Shown one piece after another: positions 13,246 to 24,083 of a DNA stretch of 64,000 nucleotides. This DNA comes from Octopus sinensis (taxonomy: Eukaryota), in assembly GCF_006345805.1 (NCBI RefSeq), contig NC_042998.1:74338001-74402000 (forward strand), given 5' to 3'. A program made the position numbers and the translations under genes. Numbering within the stretch: position 1 is the first letter of the stretch; each line of letters opens with the position of its first letter. A model generated the notes under the pieces. It had not been told where the DNA came from. It saw nothing but the letters and a program-made list of their open reading frames with translations, and made no database searches.

Positions 13246-13344
13246 TATCTCTGTTTAGATAATCAAATCATTGTGTATGTGTGATTGTGTTTTATCTATG
13301 TATGCCTTTTATCATAAGAGATACGTCTGTATATTTATAATGCA

Positions 13345-13775
13345 AGATAGAATTAACAGACTTTAATCACAGTCGCAACACTTGTTTCTGTGCATTAGTA
13401 ATGTGTTATTGATTTTTCTGTATCATACATATATGAATATGATCCAGCACATAGTTGTGTACTCACATGTCATCAAGTGAGTACACAGCTTTTGCTGGAT
13501 CACCTTTCTATAATTAATATGCATAATATGGAAGAAAACTCAGTGACACGTAAAAAGCACAAACATACACTCAGATATGGCCATAATAACCTTATACTAA
13601 TGCACAGAAACAATTGTGATATGAATTAAAGCCTATGAATTCTGTGTACACTAATAGATTTCCACATGTATTCCTGCTATATAATAGCTTATGATAGTCG
13701 ATAACCACAGAAGAGCTTTGAAATGCATGGTGTATAAGGTTATTATGGCCATACCTGAGTGTATGTTTGTGCCTC
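13345..13775. repeat. Composite inverted repeats: 13557-13597/13732-13772 (40/41), 13382-13400/13595-13613 (19/19, degenerate extension)
   Basis: Direct reverse-complement comparison of the listed segments. Confidence 0.9.
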
Positions 13776-14199
13776 CTTGTCTTAACATCATTTGATAGTT
13801 GTAAACAACTGTCAGTCGCACAGTGTGATTCACATGTAGTATTTTGCATGTATATCTCTGGCCATGGGAAAGTTATCTTGGAAACAAAGAAGGGCATCCA
13901 GTTATAGAAATTTTGCCTAAAACTCTGTCTGATTCAAGCATGGAAAAGTGAACGTTAAAATGATGAGATACAGATATGTATGTATGCGTGTACATATATA
14001 CATGTGTATATATCTATGCATATATTTAAATTCATATATGAGTGTGTATCTGTATATACAAGATGAACAAAGACTCAATAAAAATTTAGTTGATGGTACA
14101 AGTAAGACTTCGTGACTTTTGGCCCACCCCACGTATATATGTATGTATGTGTGTATGTACAGTGTGTTTTGCGCAGTGTTTCCTTGTCTTCGCATCGTG

Positions 14200-14400
14200 T
14201 ATAGCTGTAAATGAGGGTCATTGTTAAGCAAGTAGTGGTATTAATTTCCAATATTCTGTGTAAATTTGTCTGGTCATAGGAAAACGTTACCTTGCTGAAA
14301 ACAGGTGAAGGTTCTTCCTGGATAGGCATCCAGCTGAAGAACATTTGCTTCAAATAAACTCCGTCCAGTCCATGCAAACATGGGCGTGTTAAAACGATGT
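14200..14400 (+). mobile_element. RTE-tailed repeat 3' fragment (second fragment at 13860-13966)
   Basis: tgtctggtcataggaaaacgttaccttgctgaaaacaggtgaagg...ggcatccagctg...gtgttaaaacgatg. Confidence 0.55.
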
Positions 14401-14459
14401 CATGCATAAAAGGTGCATCTGTCTATCTACACATGCTCGTATGTATGTATATATGTGTG

Positions 14460-14540
<81 letters not shown>

Positions 14541-14619
14541 TATATATGAAACACACACACACGCGCACGCACACATACAATCAGTATGTATATAGTATTT
14601 GATAGAATGTGTTATCAAC

Positions 14620-15060
14620 TTGGTCTTCGTGTCTGAAGTTATAAATCCCGGAGTACATTAGTCAGATGCTATCCAGGGAGGTTCGCTACCGCTGGCACTA
14701 TGAGCATATCAGCAGGTCATGGCCAGTTTCAGATGCTGTGAGACTAGCTATTCTAACCGCTTTCACCAAGGACAGAAAAGCCATCACATTTTTCAACCTG
14801 TGGTAACCTCCTTGACTAGCTGCGACAACTGGACAAGCCCGGAAGACTGTTAAGCTCCAGGAAGCTGTTAACTGAACATCGCTAATACTAAACACAATGC
14901 TGATCTTGAAAGTATCTAAGCAGGTGGTTTTATTAGAGCTCTCATTCAAGATAATTGAGGAAGCTAATGAGAGGAGAATTAAATATGCGGTGTTGATGAA
15001 AATATGACGAACTTGCATTGAGGTTGGATGCAGAGGTTTTATCGGCTATTTGGTCGCGCA
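14620..15060 (+). mobile_element. Decayed RLE-type non-LTR retrotransposon C-terminus (Hero/R2-like)
   Basis: RYRWH (14684) resembles GRYRWRHDQVL. SKQVVLLELSFKIIEEANERRIKYAVL...EVGCRGF (to 15040) resembles the ELTVPWE...EEAHERK..KY...EVGCRGF restriction-like endonuclease motif. Confidence 0.7.
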
Positions 15061-15247
15061 TGTTAGCCTAGGATGGGTTAATGTTCCCTGGACACAATCG
15101 AGCCGAGGTTTCTGGTTGTTGAAGGATTCAGTGCCCCAACGTAATATCACTGGCCATATGCCTAGGCGCATCCATACAATGCTGTATGAAGTTTTGCGCC
15201 CGCCTGTACATGCATTCACGTATGTAAAGTAGGTACACACACACATA

Positions 15248-15408
15248 GGTGCAGGCGTGGGTTTATGGTAAGTAGCTTGCTTACCAATCACATGGTTCCG
15301 GGCTCAGTCCCACTGCCTGCACCTTAAGCAAGTGTCTTCTACTATAGCTTCGGGCCGACCAAAGCCTTGTGAGTGAATTTGGTAGACGGAAACTGAAAGA
15401 AGCCCGAC

Positions 15409-15464
<56 letters not shown>

Positions 15465-15642
15465 TTGTACCCCGCACATAGCTTGACAACTGATGCTGGT
15501 GTTTATGTTCCCGTAACTTAGCGGTTCGTCAAAGAGGCCGATATAATAAATACTAAGCTTATAAAGAATAAGTTCTGGGGTTGACATACATGTTCGACTA
15601 CAGGCGATGCTCCAGCATGGCCGCAGACTGAAATAAATACGA
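15248..15642 (+). mobile_element. tRNA-derived SINE with expanded internal (AT)n(GT)n
   Basis: Collinear with 56091-56464. Confidence 0.85.
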
Positions 15643-16489
15643 GGATACATGAACACTCTGAGATGTATTGTAATACCCGGCACTTTACCGTAGAGATTAG
15701 AGCTCAATTATTCGAAGTCCGTTATACATCGAAAATCCTTTATCGAACACTTGCGAGTCCTTCATTACGATCTTTCCTATGATCTCATTTTTAAAATTCA
15801 CAACTTCTTAGTATAAAAAAAAATGTTTCATTATATTACATTATAATTTTCTTTCTTTTAATTCCGATTGAAATGATCATTAAAGAGGACACGAAATTCA
15901 TTAGTGTGTGTGTGTACGCGCGCACACACACACACATAGAGAAAGATAGAGATAGCGGTGACCCAGAACTAAAACCGAGGCCTGGAACTATTAAAACTGT
16001 ACTTATATGTAATATATTCACGTTTATGCATTTGCTCATATGTATGTAGCATAATGCATGTGTGTTCATGCGTGTATGGACATGCTCCTCTGTCTGAAAT
16101 TTGCTGATAAAAATTCCATCTAAAGATTTGTGTAAAATAAAAGTGTTATGGTGTTGATATTTGTTCGTTTTTTCCCCCCATTGTAGTTAGGTTGTGCGAG
16201 GTATATAGGAGTATATATTGAACAAATAAAAGCGTTGAGGTTTGTTATACGTAGGCTGAAGTAGATCTTAGTGCGTCGCCTTCCTTTGTTGCTGCTGTTC
16301 ACCAAACTACTAACGCCACATGCCAAATCATTTGATCCTCACCGCTAAACATGTCTTTACTTGTATCTTGGATATTCCTTTCCTCTTTCGATAGGTTTAA
16401 GTAAAAGCATCGAATATATTTTTACTCTTTTGCAAATCCAACAGTCTTACCGCGCGCACATGCATTTGTGTGTATGTATGTATGTATGG

Positions 16490-16522
<33 letters not shown>

Positions 16523-17049
16523 ATATGTAGTGTGTATCTGTATATAAGCGAATAGATTTTTATTCTGCCGTTAACTTGTATTGAGTTCCATCTCGCTCTC
16601 TTAGTATTAAGTACAACTTTCCCCGTGTGTATATGTATATGCATATATACAGAAACACACGCACTTGAATCTGAAGACGGAAGAGTACTCAATACATGTA
16701 CAGTTTGTTCTAAATTGATGATTCACTCCATCACTTACTCGATGTTCCGCCGTATACTATTCTTCCGACAGTATAAAAGATGTGTGTGTGTGATGTATGT
16801 TCGCGCGCATAACCAGAAAACCCGTTTCTCGTCCGTGTTCCGACACACACGCAAACGACGTATATGTCTCCCCCCCTTGCCTTCATTATATTCTATTTAC
16901 TACCCACATTTTTAAAGTTCTATAGTATCTCTTTAAGCCCTTATCTTCCCCTATCTATGATAGGTTCTCGCTAGGCTGTCCTAGTAGTAGTAGCTCTAGT
17001 AGTACTTCACCTTTTCTTCCTTTCACTATTGGTTTGTTCTAATTATTGA

Positions 17050-17140
17050 TTACCTTCCCTCCCCCACTACTACTAACCCTATTTACTCCTCTCACTCACC
17101 CTCACTCTTGTCTAACGCTTTTCCTTCTTCAAGGGGAGAG
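17050..17140 (+). other. CELF: Candidate non-coding first exon (3' end defined, start uncertain)
   Basis: Pyrimidine-rich leader ending GGAGAG|GTATGA at 17141; a 352-nt intron to the acceptor ttctctccacag at 17492. Confidence 0.45.
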
Positions 17141-17492
17141 GTATGAGCTTTAAGTTTCTCTCTCTCTCTCTCTGTTTCTCGCCTACTCTTTCTTCGGTCT
17201 GCCTCTCCGCCTGCTACTCCTTCAGACACACAGACACAGCAGTGGAACTCACTTTAAGACGTAGTAGCAGCAGAAGTGAAACATTACTACTGCTACTACT
17301 ACTACCACTGCCACCACCACCACCACCACCACCATCCACAATAACATCAGTAAAATTGTTGCTGCTGCTGTTATGTGCTGTCTGTATGTGTGTGAGCGTA
17401 GTTAAATCTGTACATGCTGTAACACACACACATACACACACGCTACTGTATGTCTGAGCCAGGGAGGCCTACCTCTGCACTTCTCTCCACAG

Positions 17493-17668
17493 ATGGCCAA
17501 GTTACTGGTCTGTTGTCAATATGTGCTAGGTGTCTTGATGGAGGATACTGAGTACCCAGGGATGACTAGGATGGATTCTATGTTAGCAGGTCCGGCCAGC
17601 CCACCTGAAAAGAAGCTCAAATTGCAGATGGACAATGAAGATCTCATTATAACTGCTACAAACATGAG
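17493..17668 (+). CDS. CELF: CELF N-terminal coding exon (MAKLLVCCQYVLG...PASPPEKKLKL...TATNM-R)
   Basis: Acceptor ttctctccacag|ATG. 58 open codons of non-repetitive, higher-GC sequence that stops abruptly into microsatellite. Donor AG|GTTTGA at 17669, phase 2, joins A at 43829 to give R-N-M-N-S-Q. Confidence 0.7.
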
Positions 17669-18316
17669 GTTTGAAACCGTTCCTGATTCTCACTGTCACG
17701 CAAATCGTATGTGTGTGTGTACGTATGTATGTATGTGTATATATATATATATATACATACACACACACAAGCAAGCATGCACACAAACACTCACATGTAG
17801 ACAAAATACCTGATCCTCTCCTTTGATTGTTGCTAAAGAAACAGCTATTTACTTTTACCGGCTTCTTGTATGTGTATATATGTATATATATAGACACGCA
17901 CACAATCTTAAGTTAACGTTGCACACAAAAAAGTATACTCATATTTGTGTCTATATATGTATGTATGTATGTGTGTGTGTGTGTATACACAAAAAAATAT
18001 ACACTTTTGTGTGTGTGAATGGTTCTAGTTTTTTGGCTACTGAATAATGGTATATGTTAAAAAGGGTCGTATTATTTAGCTGTCGTACATCTATATATAT
18101 ATATCTTTGTTCCCTGTATCATGCCCAATCCCTCGGTTTCCAACCTCTGCTGCTTCTCTTCAAGCACTACGTTCAGTTACAAACACCTTGCGTCCCATGT
18201 CCGTTATAGCCATTTTTATGACCAGAACCATAAACGTTGCTCTCGATTTTTTTTCTTCCTTTTTACACAAATTACCTATAAACTTTATCTCTACTGCTAC
18301 ACACGTTTCTATCTAT

Positions 18317-18319
<3 letters not shown>

Positions 18320-18347
<28 letters not shown>

Positions 18348-18348
18348 C

Positions 18349-18381
<33 letters not shown>

Positions 18382-18464
18382 TTACACACGCGCATACAAA
18401 TACAATCTCACGCATCTATGTTTCTGTAACTATTTGTGCGTATCTACTTGTGCGTGTGTGTATG

Positions 18465-18505
<41 letters not shown>

Positions 18506-18957
18506 ATGTATATATATATATATATTATATATATATATATATTTACAAAAGAAAGACAAAGGTTACTTTCGCTCTTCATAGCCAGGATAGTTATCAATCT
18601 CTCTATCTTCGTACACCACATGCCACCTACACGGGCGAATAGGAGTTCTACAATGGAAATAACAGCCAAATTTCTTCTATATAAATGAAGGATACCTTGG
18701 ATATTGCAGTAATAGCTATAGATAAAAAAAACTTGGATATTTAACGCTCATTTCAGACTGGCTTGTGGTTGAAACAAAAGCATCTCACAACAACGTGTTT
18801 GAATTCAGAAAAGTGAGAGAGTAAAAGGGACCCGACATATATTATTTTATTCTGTTCTGACTCAACTTACAGACTCATTTCATGTTTGCCTCCATGAGAA
18901 CGGAAACTCGAACTGGTTGTGTGTGTGTGTATGTATATATGTATGTATATATATATA

Positions 18958-19041
<84 letters not shown>

Positions 19042-19050
19042 GTACATACA
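18320..19050. repeat. Compound (AC)n/(AT)n/(GT)n microsatellites (18320-18540, 18905-19050)
   Basis: Direct reading. Similar tracts occur at 5848-5876, 7733-7806, 14455-14570, 34785-34832, 51100-51220 and 55755-55805. Confidence 0.95.
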
Positions 19051-19774
19051 CACACGCTCTCACGCGCATACATAGAGATATATTCAGAAGTAGTAACCAC
19101 CACCTTTGTTGAAGTGAGTGATGAGGGACAGGTGGTCCCAGCATTATTTTTCCACACAGGCTGCTGCTCTTCTTCCCTTCTTTTTACGACATGGATAACT
19201 ACTCTAGATGCACCTTTGTCGTTAGCCGTGAGGCGGTGATGATCATCGTAGCATCAATAATAGTAATAATAATAATATTAGTGGCGGTGGAGGAATTTTT
19301 TTTGAAGTAGAGAACTAGCGTTCATCGACTTTCCCGACGCCGTGCACACACGCACGCAGTCTCTCTGTCTGTCTCTCTCTTTCTCTCTCTCTTGTCTGTC
19401 TGTCTCTCTCTCTCTCCCTCACTTATAACTGGAGAAGAGTACTCATGGTATTTTTATCTGTTCGTTCCAAACGACGGATTCCTTTTTCTACTCTGAGTTT
19501 GTCTCTTTTTGTTTCGTTCGCTCCATCTTCAAATATATCGTCTCCTTTCCCACCATAGTATTTATTATCTTACAACCTACACACTGACACCCTATCTATC
19601 CTTTCTTTTTACACACACACACACACAGCCCATGAATTTTGGTTCGTTGTAACAACCCCACTCAGGTGAAAGGGTTTTTTTTTTTTGTTGCTGTTTCTGA
19701 ATGTTCTAATCGAAACGGCACTGTCACCCTTTAAATGTCTTTCCACCGCACACACGCACACGCACGCATATATT

Positions 19775-19925
19775 TGCATAGTATGGCTGAATGGTTAAGA
19801 ATTTCACGAGGTCCCGGTTTGAGTTCCTCTCCGTGCCATCTTGCGTAAATGTGATACAATTATAGCCTCGGGTCTACCTATGTCTGCCTTTTGAAACTGA
19901 GTAGGCGAAAAATACTCGGAAAGCC
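19775..19925 (+). mobile_element. Degenerate tRNA-SINE head
   Basis: gtatggctgaatggttaaga...ggtttgagttcc...gccatcttgcgtaaatgtg...atagcctcgggtc. Confidence 0.5.
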
Positions 19926-20889
19926 TTTCACATGGATTTTACCTACAATTTCAACATCACCCTGATTCCACCCGAGAATTACATTAAGGGTGCTGCACGT
20001 GTCTGGCGTACCCGGTTCCGTATATAATCCAATTCAATGAGTTTCAGCTACTGAGCGCCTATGATCGAAAATTCTGACCGAGATCCATTCTGTATGTGTT
20101 TGTATGCACACACACACACACACGCACACACAAACAAAATCAGCCATTACCGCTTCCTATGTACGTCACATCCATTTTTGTATTCATGTGTCCTCAACTC
20201 AGATATCTCCCCCATCCCTCCAGATAGGGGTGCCTCGGTTGTGACTGCAGCATATCTCCCTCAAAGTTCACCCTACCCATTATAGAAAGATAATGTAGTA
20301 GTATTAGACACATTTTGAAAAATGACAGAATTGGTCATCATTCTAACTTTGTTTCCATTCTCTCCCTGCTTCCCCTGTTCACAAAAACCTGAATATGATC
20401 ATGAGTAAAAATATCTGCTTGTTATAAGTTTTAAATATTGAGGTCTTATAGCTACACCTATTTTGTCCTATTGTGTCTCTTTTGCATGCCACCACCTTAA
20501 GAAAGAAAGTATTGCCAGCCAAAATAACATACCATCTCTTGATGTTGCATTGCACTGCCGACTGCTGGTATCTGCTAAGTCACCTTCTCACTTGAAACAA
20601 ATGACTAATTCAGTTTCATTCTTCAGAGTTCTGAGTCTTCTTTAAAAAAAATCATTTGAAAATGTATTAAATTTCACCAATCTCTTGTACTACAGTTTAT
20701 ACTGTAAAAATGTTAATAATTTCAGGTGCTTGACTATCTCAATTAATTCTTTATAATTGGTGTTTCTGTATGCTTCTTAAAGCACCTTTAATACTTTGGA
20801 TAATTTCATACTGTTAGTTTCTCTCTAACTCAAGTGTAGCTTTTATCATCTTCCCAGTTGTATATTTTTTAAGGACACACTCTATTTCT

Positions 20890-21050
20890 CTGACTTACAT
20901 GTGGTTAAGAACTTCACTTCACAATTTTGATTTCATCTTAGAACCCCACTGCACAACACCTGAGGTTTGTGGATTCTGCTGTAGCTTCAGGTTGACCCAA
21001 AGCAGAGTGGAATTTGGTAGACAGAAAACTGGCAGACCATCAGAAGCATC
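20890..21050 (+). mobile_element. Degenerate tRNA-SINE
   Basis: tgtggttaagaacttcacttc...ccccactgcacaacacc...atttggtagacagaaaactg. Confidence 0.5.
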
Positions 21051-21283
21051 GTTTGGCCACCTTTCATTACATTTAGTGAAAGTTAGATTGTTGCGATCAT
21101 CTTGACCAGGATTCTGGTTTGAGGATAACTTCCTCTTTCCTTCCGACCAAACCATTCACATACATAATAATATATATACATGTTTATAGGTTAAGGCTCA
21201 GCAGTATAAGCAATAATTAGGGAGTTATTTTTTTGCAATGGAACTGATATGCTAATTCACTTTAACATGCTACTGTGTATATG

Positions 21284-21327
<44 letters not shown>

Positions 21328-21672
21328 ATAGAAAAAACTATTTTAAATTTCTTATTTCGTTCATAAACATTCTCAGTTGCTTTTCTTGTATTGTAATACA
21401 TTATATTCATCTAATTAAATCTTAATAGTTGCATATTTACACACTTTTAATGCTAAAACTGTATATGTGGGTGTGTGTGTATGTAACACTCAATTAAGCA
21501 CTACCACCACTTGTTTACACATGCACACACACACACACACTTGCACACAGTGGTCTAAAAGTCCATTTTAGTATTAAAAGAAACTCCTAAAGAACCAGCC
21601 AGTCAGTTTGAGCTTAATGTAACTCTTAACACCTTCTCAATTACTTTCTGTTGCCTCTCCTCCTCATCACAG

Positions 21673-21810
21673 CCTTCAACCACTCTCCACTGCATTCACT
21701 CAGTCTCCCTCCATTGACTGCCATGGCTCAGAGATTCCAGGATAGCTTGTCTATTTGCTCTGTTGCTCATGCTGCCAGCTTCCTGGACTACTTCTGTGCA
21801 GTTGAAGTAG
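21673..21810 (+). other. CELF: Candidate 138-nt cassette exon (poison/uORF exon)
   Basis: Long polypyrimidine acceptor ctttctgttgcctctcctcctcatcacag ends at 21672; donor AG|GTATGC at 21811. In the CELF frame there is a TAG at 21743-21745. A GCCATGG Kozak ATG lies at 21723 in another frame. Confidence 0.35.
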
Positions 21811-24083
21811 GTATGCCCAGACAAATGAATAGAATTTAACTAGTATAGTGTGCCATTTTCAGGATGATGAATATTCTCACATCTTTTGATAATGGCATTT
21901 TTCTGAAATATATCAATAGATATTGTTTCAACAAACTAAAGGGAAAAAAATATTTACAAGATCAAGTGATTTTTGAATTGCCTGCTGGATTTAGCATCTC
22001 CATCATAGCCACCTGATATTTTAACGTCGAACCACCCTAGTTTCTTCTACACTGCTACATTCCTCCTGCGAACATTCACATTATACATCTAATCTCACCA
22101 GTAGGAGTGTGGCCTGCTGATGTCACAGGCACTACTATCCCTCTTCTTAACTCGTGCTATGCACATGCATGGCCTATTGATTAACATCTGCAAATGGAGG
22201 CACATTAAGTTTTGGTGTAAACTCCATAATGAACAATACTCAAAGTAGACAAACTGGCCATGCTGCTGTGAGAGGTCTGCTAGAAATAAAATCACAAAGC
22301 CTCTTTCCATCTTTAGTAAACGACACCTTGAACAGCGTAGTATAGCGCATATGCAAAAAAGCAGGTTGGTCGTGGTTGGAATACATTTGATCATAGGTCT
22401 GAGTGATTGCTATCAGAGCTGACCTGAAAACTGAATAAACCTAACCCTTGTTGATTGTTACAAATGCCACTAATACAGTTTAGTTGTGAGTTTCAAGTTG
22501 TAGCTTTCGTCTAGAATTAGTTTTGAAAGTTCAGCTCCTATACAAACCCTGTTCAACTATTTTGCTCATTATTTTCTATCCTAGCCCCTTTTACTTCAAT
22601 ATAGTCATAATCATACTTCCATGTAATTTCATATTATTCATTGCATTTGTATCATGTTCTTTTGAAAGTATTACAACACCAGCTATAATTAGTTTAATTA
22701 ACTGTGTTAATGCGTTCCCAGTTAATGAAAGCAAACAAAGTGAATTTAGCGACAATAGCATGATCAGACCTGTCTGCTGCTATAAAGAAATATGGTAGTC
22801 AGTTCTACGTAGAAAATTATTTACAGAGTTTTTCATTGGTAACTGAACATTTTCCATTCTTTTTATCACATCGTATTTGTGATTGCTTCTTGATAAATGT
22901 CTACTGTAGGATTTTAATATTTGATTGAAAACTTGTTAGTGCAAAAACAAGGAGTTCCTTAGAGAAAGTTGGTTGTTTTCTCAGAACTCATTTTGAAAAT
23001 TCTTAACATTGAAAATGGTTCTTAACATCTTAGCCTACTTAAATTGAGAGTTTCTAATCCCATGCTATTGTTTATATACATTTATGCAACTAATTAGATT
23101 AGTTGAATATTTTACACTGACCCCCCCCCCCCCCTTTTGTTACAAAAGCAATTCCCTTTTCTCAGTGCTGTATGAAAAATTCTTTGATATTTTAAATATC
23201 ACCTGTTGATTTTCAAGTACCAGTATTTTTTCTTCCTAATCTGTACTTTAATTTTTTTCCTTTGTGCATTCTTTAAATTTTCATCAGCTTCCATCTGTAG
23301 TAGGATTTCTAAACATTAGAAAATCTTTATTCAGTTTTCTTAAATACCTTTGTACAAATTACTTTTCTTCATACCACTTGTTAATCAAATATTTTTTCTG
23401 TCTTTCTAATATTCATTTATGACATAGTGAAAATTATCTTAATGAAAAGTAAATATTCTTAAATATAACTAAAGTAATTTTTATGATAAAATTTTCCAAC
23501 TAGTTAACGAGAATGTATTTGGATAAACTATTATCTACAAAGGAAGATTAAAAAAATATTTCATGCTAAATTAGTAATTAATTCATATTGAATTCTTAAT
23601 TGAAGTATTAATTTGAGTAAATTCTGAGTAAACTTTTATAATTGAATACTTCAATAATTAGAAGGAAAGAAGGTAGACGTTAAAATAATAATACAAAACA
23701 AGTTTTGTAGTATTTTCCTGTGAAACTGTTTTATTTCTGCTCTTATAGAGCGCAGACATATTTCTGACAGTACACAAAATACTGAACAAAGAAAAAGTTA
23801 GATGAAGTTACTGAAAGTATTATTGATTTTTTACTACCACACAAAATACCCACACTCAGACATACACAACTGAAATATTTTTGTTGTCAAAGAAAGCATG
23901 TGTTGAAAATATTTACTAATTATTTGAATTAAAGGAAATTTGTAATTGAATGTTTCAAATTAAGTACTGTAGTTAGGTGTTTCATGTCAAGCTATTTCAT
24001 TTCATTTTAATATTATTTGATGTTTTAGTGTACTTTACTGATGAACACTCCTTTTAATCTTTTTTTTTCTGTTTTTCTTCTAG

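Larger units (their letters stand above)
12124..13308. repeat. Perfect 64-bp inverted repeat pair (12124-12187 / 13245-13308)
   Basis: aaggcatacatagataaaacacaatcacacatacacaatgatttgattatctaaacagagatat is the exact reverse complement of 13245-13308. Confidence 0.95.
15650..20250 (+). promoter_or_regulatory. CpG-retaining promoter region(s) of the CELF gene
   Basis: CpG dinucleotides are visibly frequent in non-TE sequence here (cgcgcac, cgtcgcc, ccgacgccg) and rare in the flanking introns. CT-rich leader-like tracts occur at 16980-17140 and 19340-19620. Qualitative, not computed. Confidence 0.5.

Noticed and set aside
17669-17813. ORF-track extension FETVPDSHCHANRMCVC...
   Set aside because: Runs into microsatellite after the phase-2 donor; treated as intron.
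7601-19239. ORFs containing YIYIYI / CVCVCV / THTHTH runs
   Set aside because: Translations of dinucleotide microsatellites and SINE bodies.
21850-22420. Higher-GC segment with 99-aa minus-strand ORF (also 30840-31340 and 35690-35940)
   Set aside because: No recognisable motif in any frame I translated; probably decayed TE, but unsupported without a search.
23749-23820. Other acceptor-like AG sites (also 200, 1670, 6061, 26998, 41160)
   Set aside because: No convincing paired donor or frame-compatible ORF; U-rich AGs are frequent by chance in this composition.
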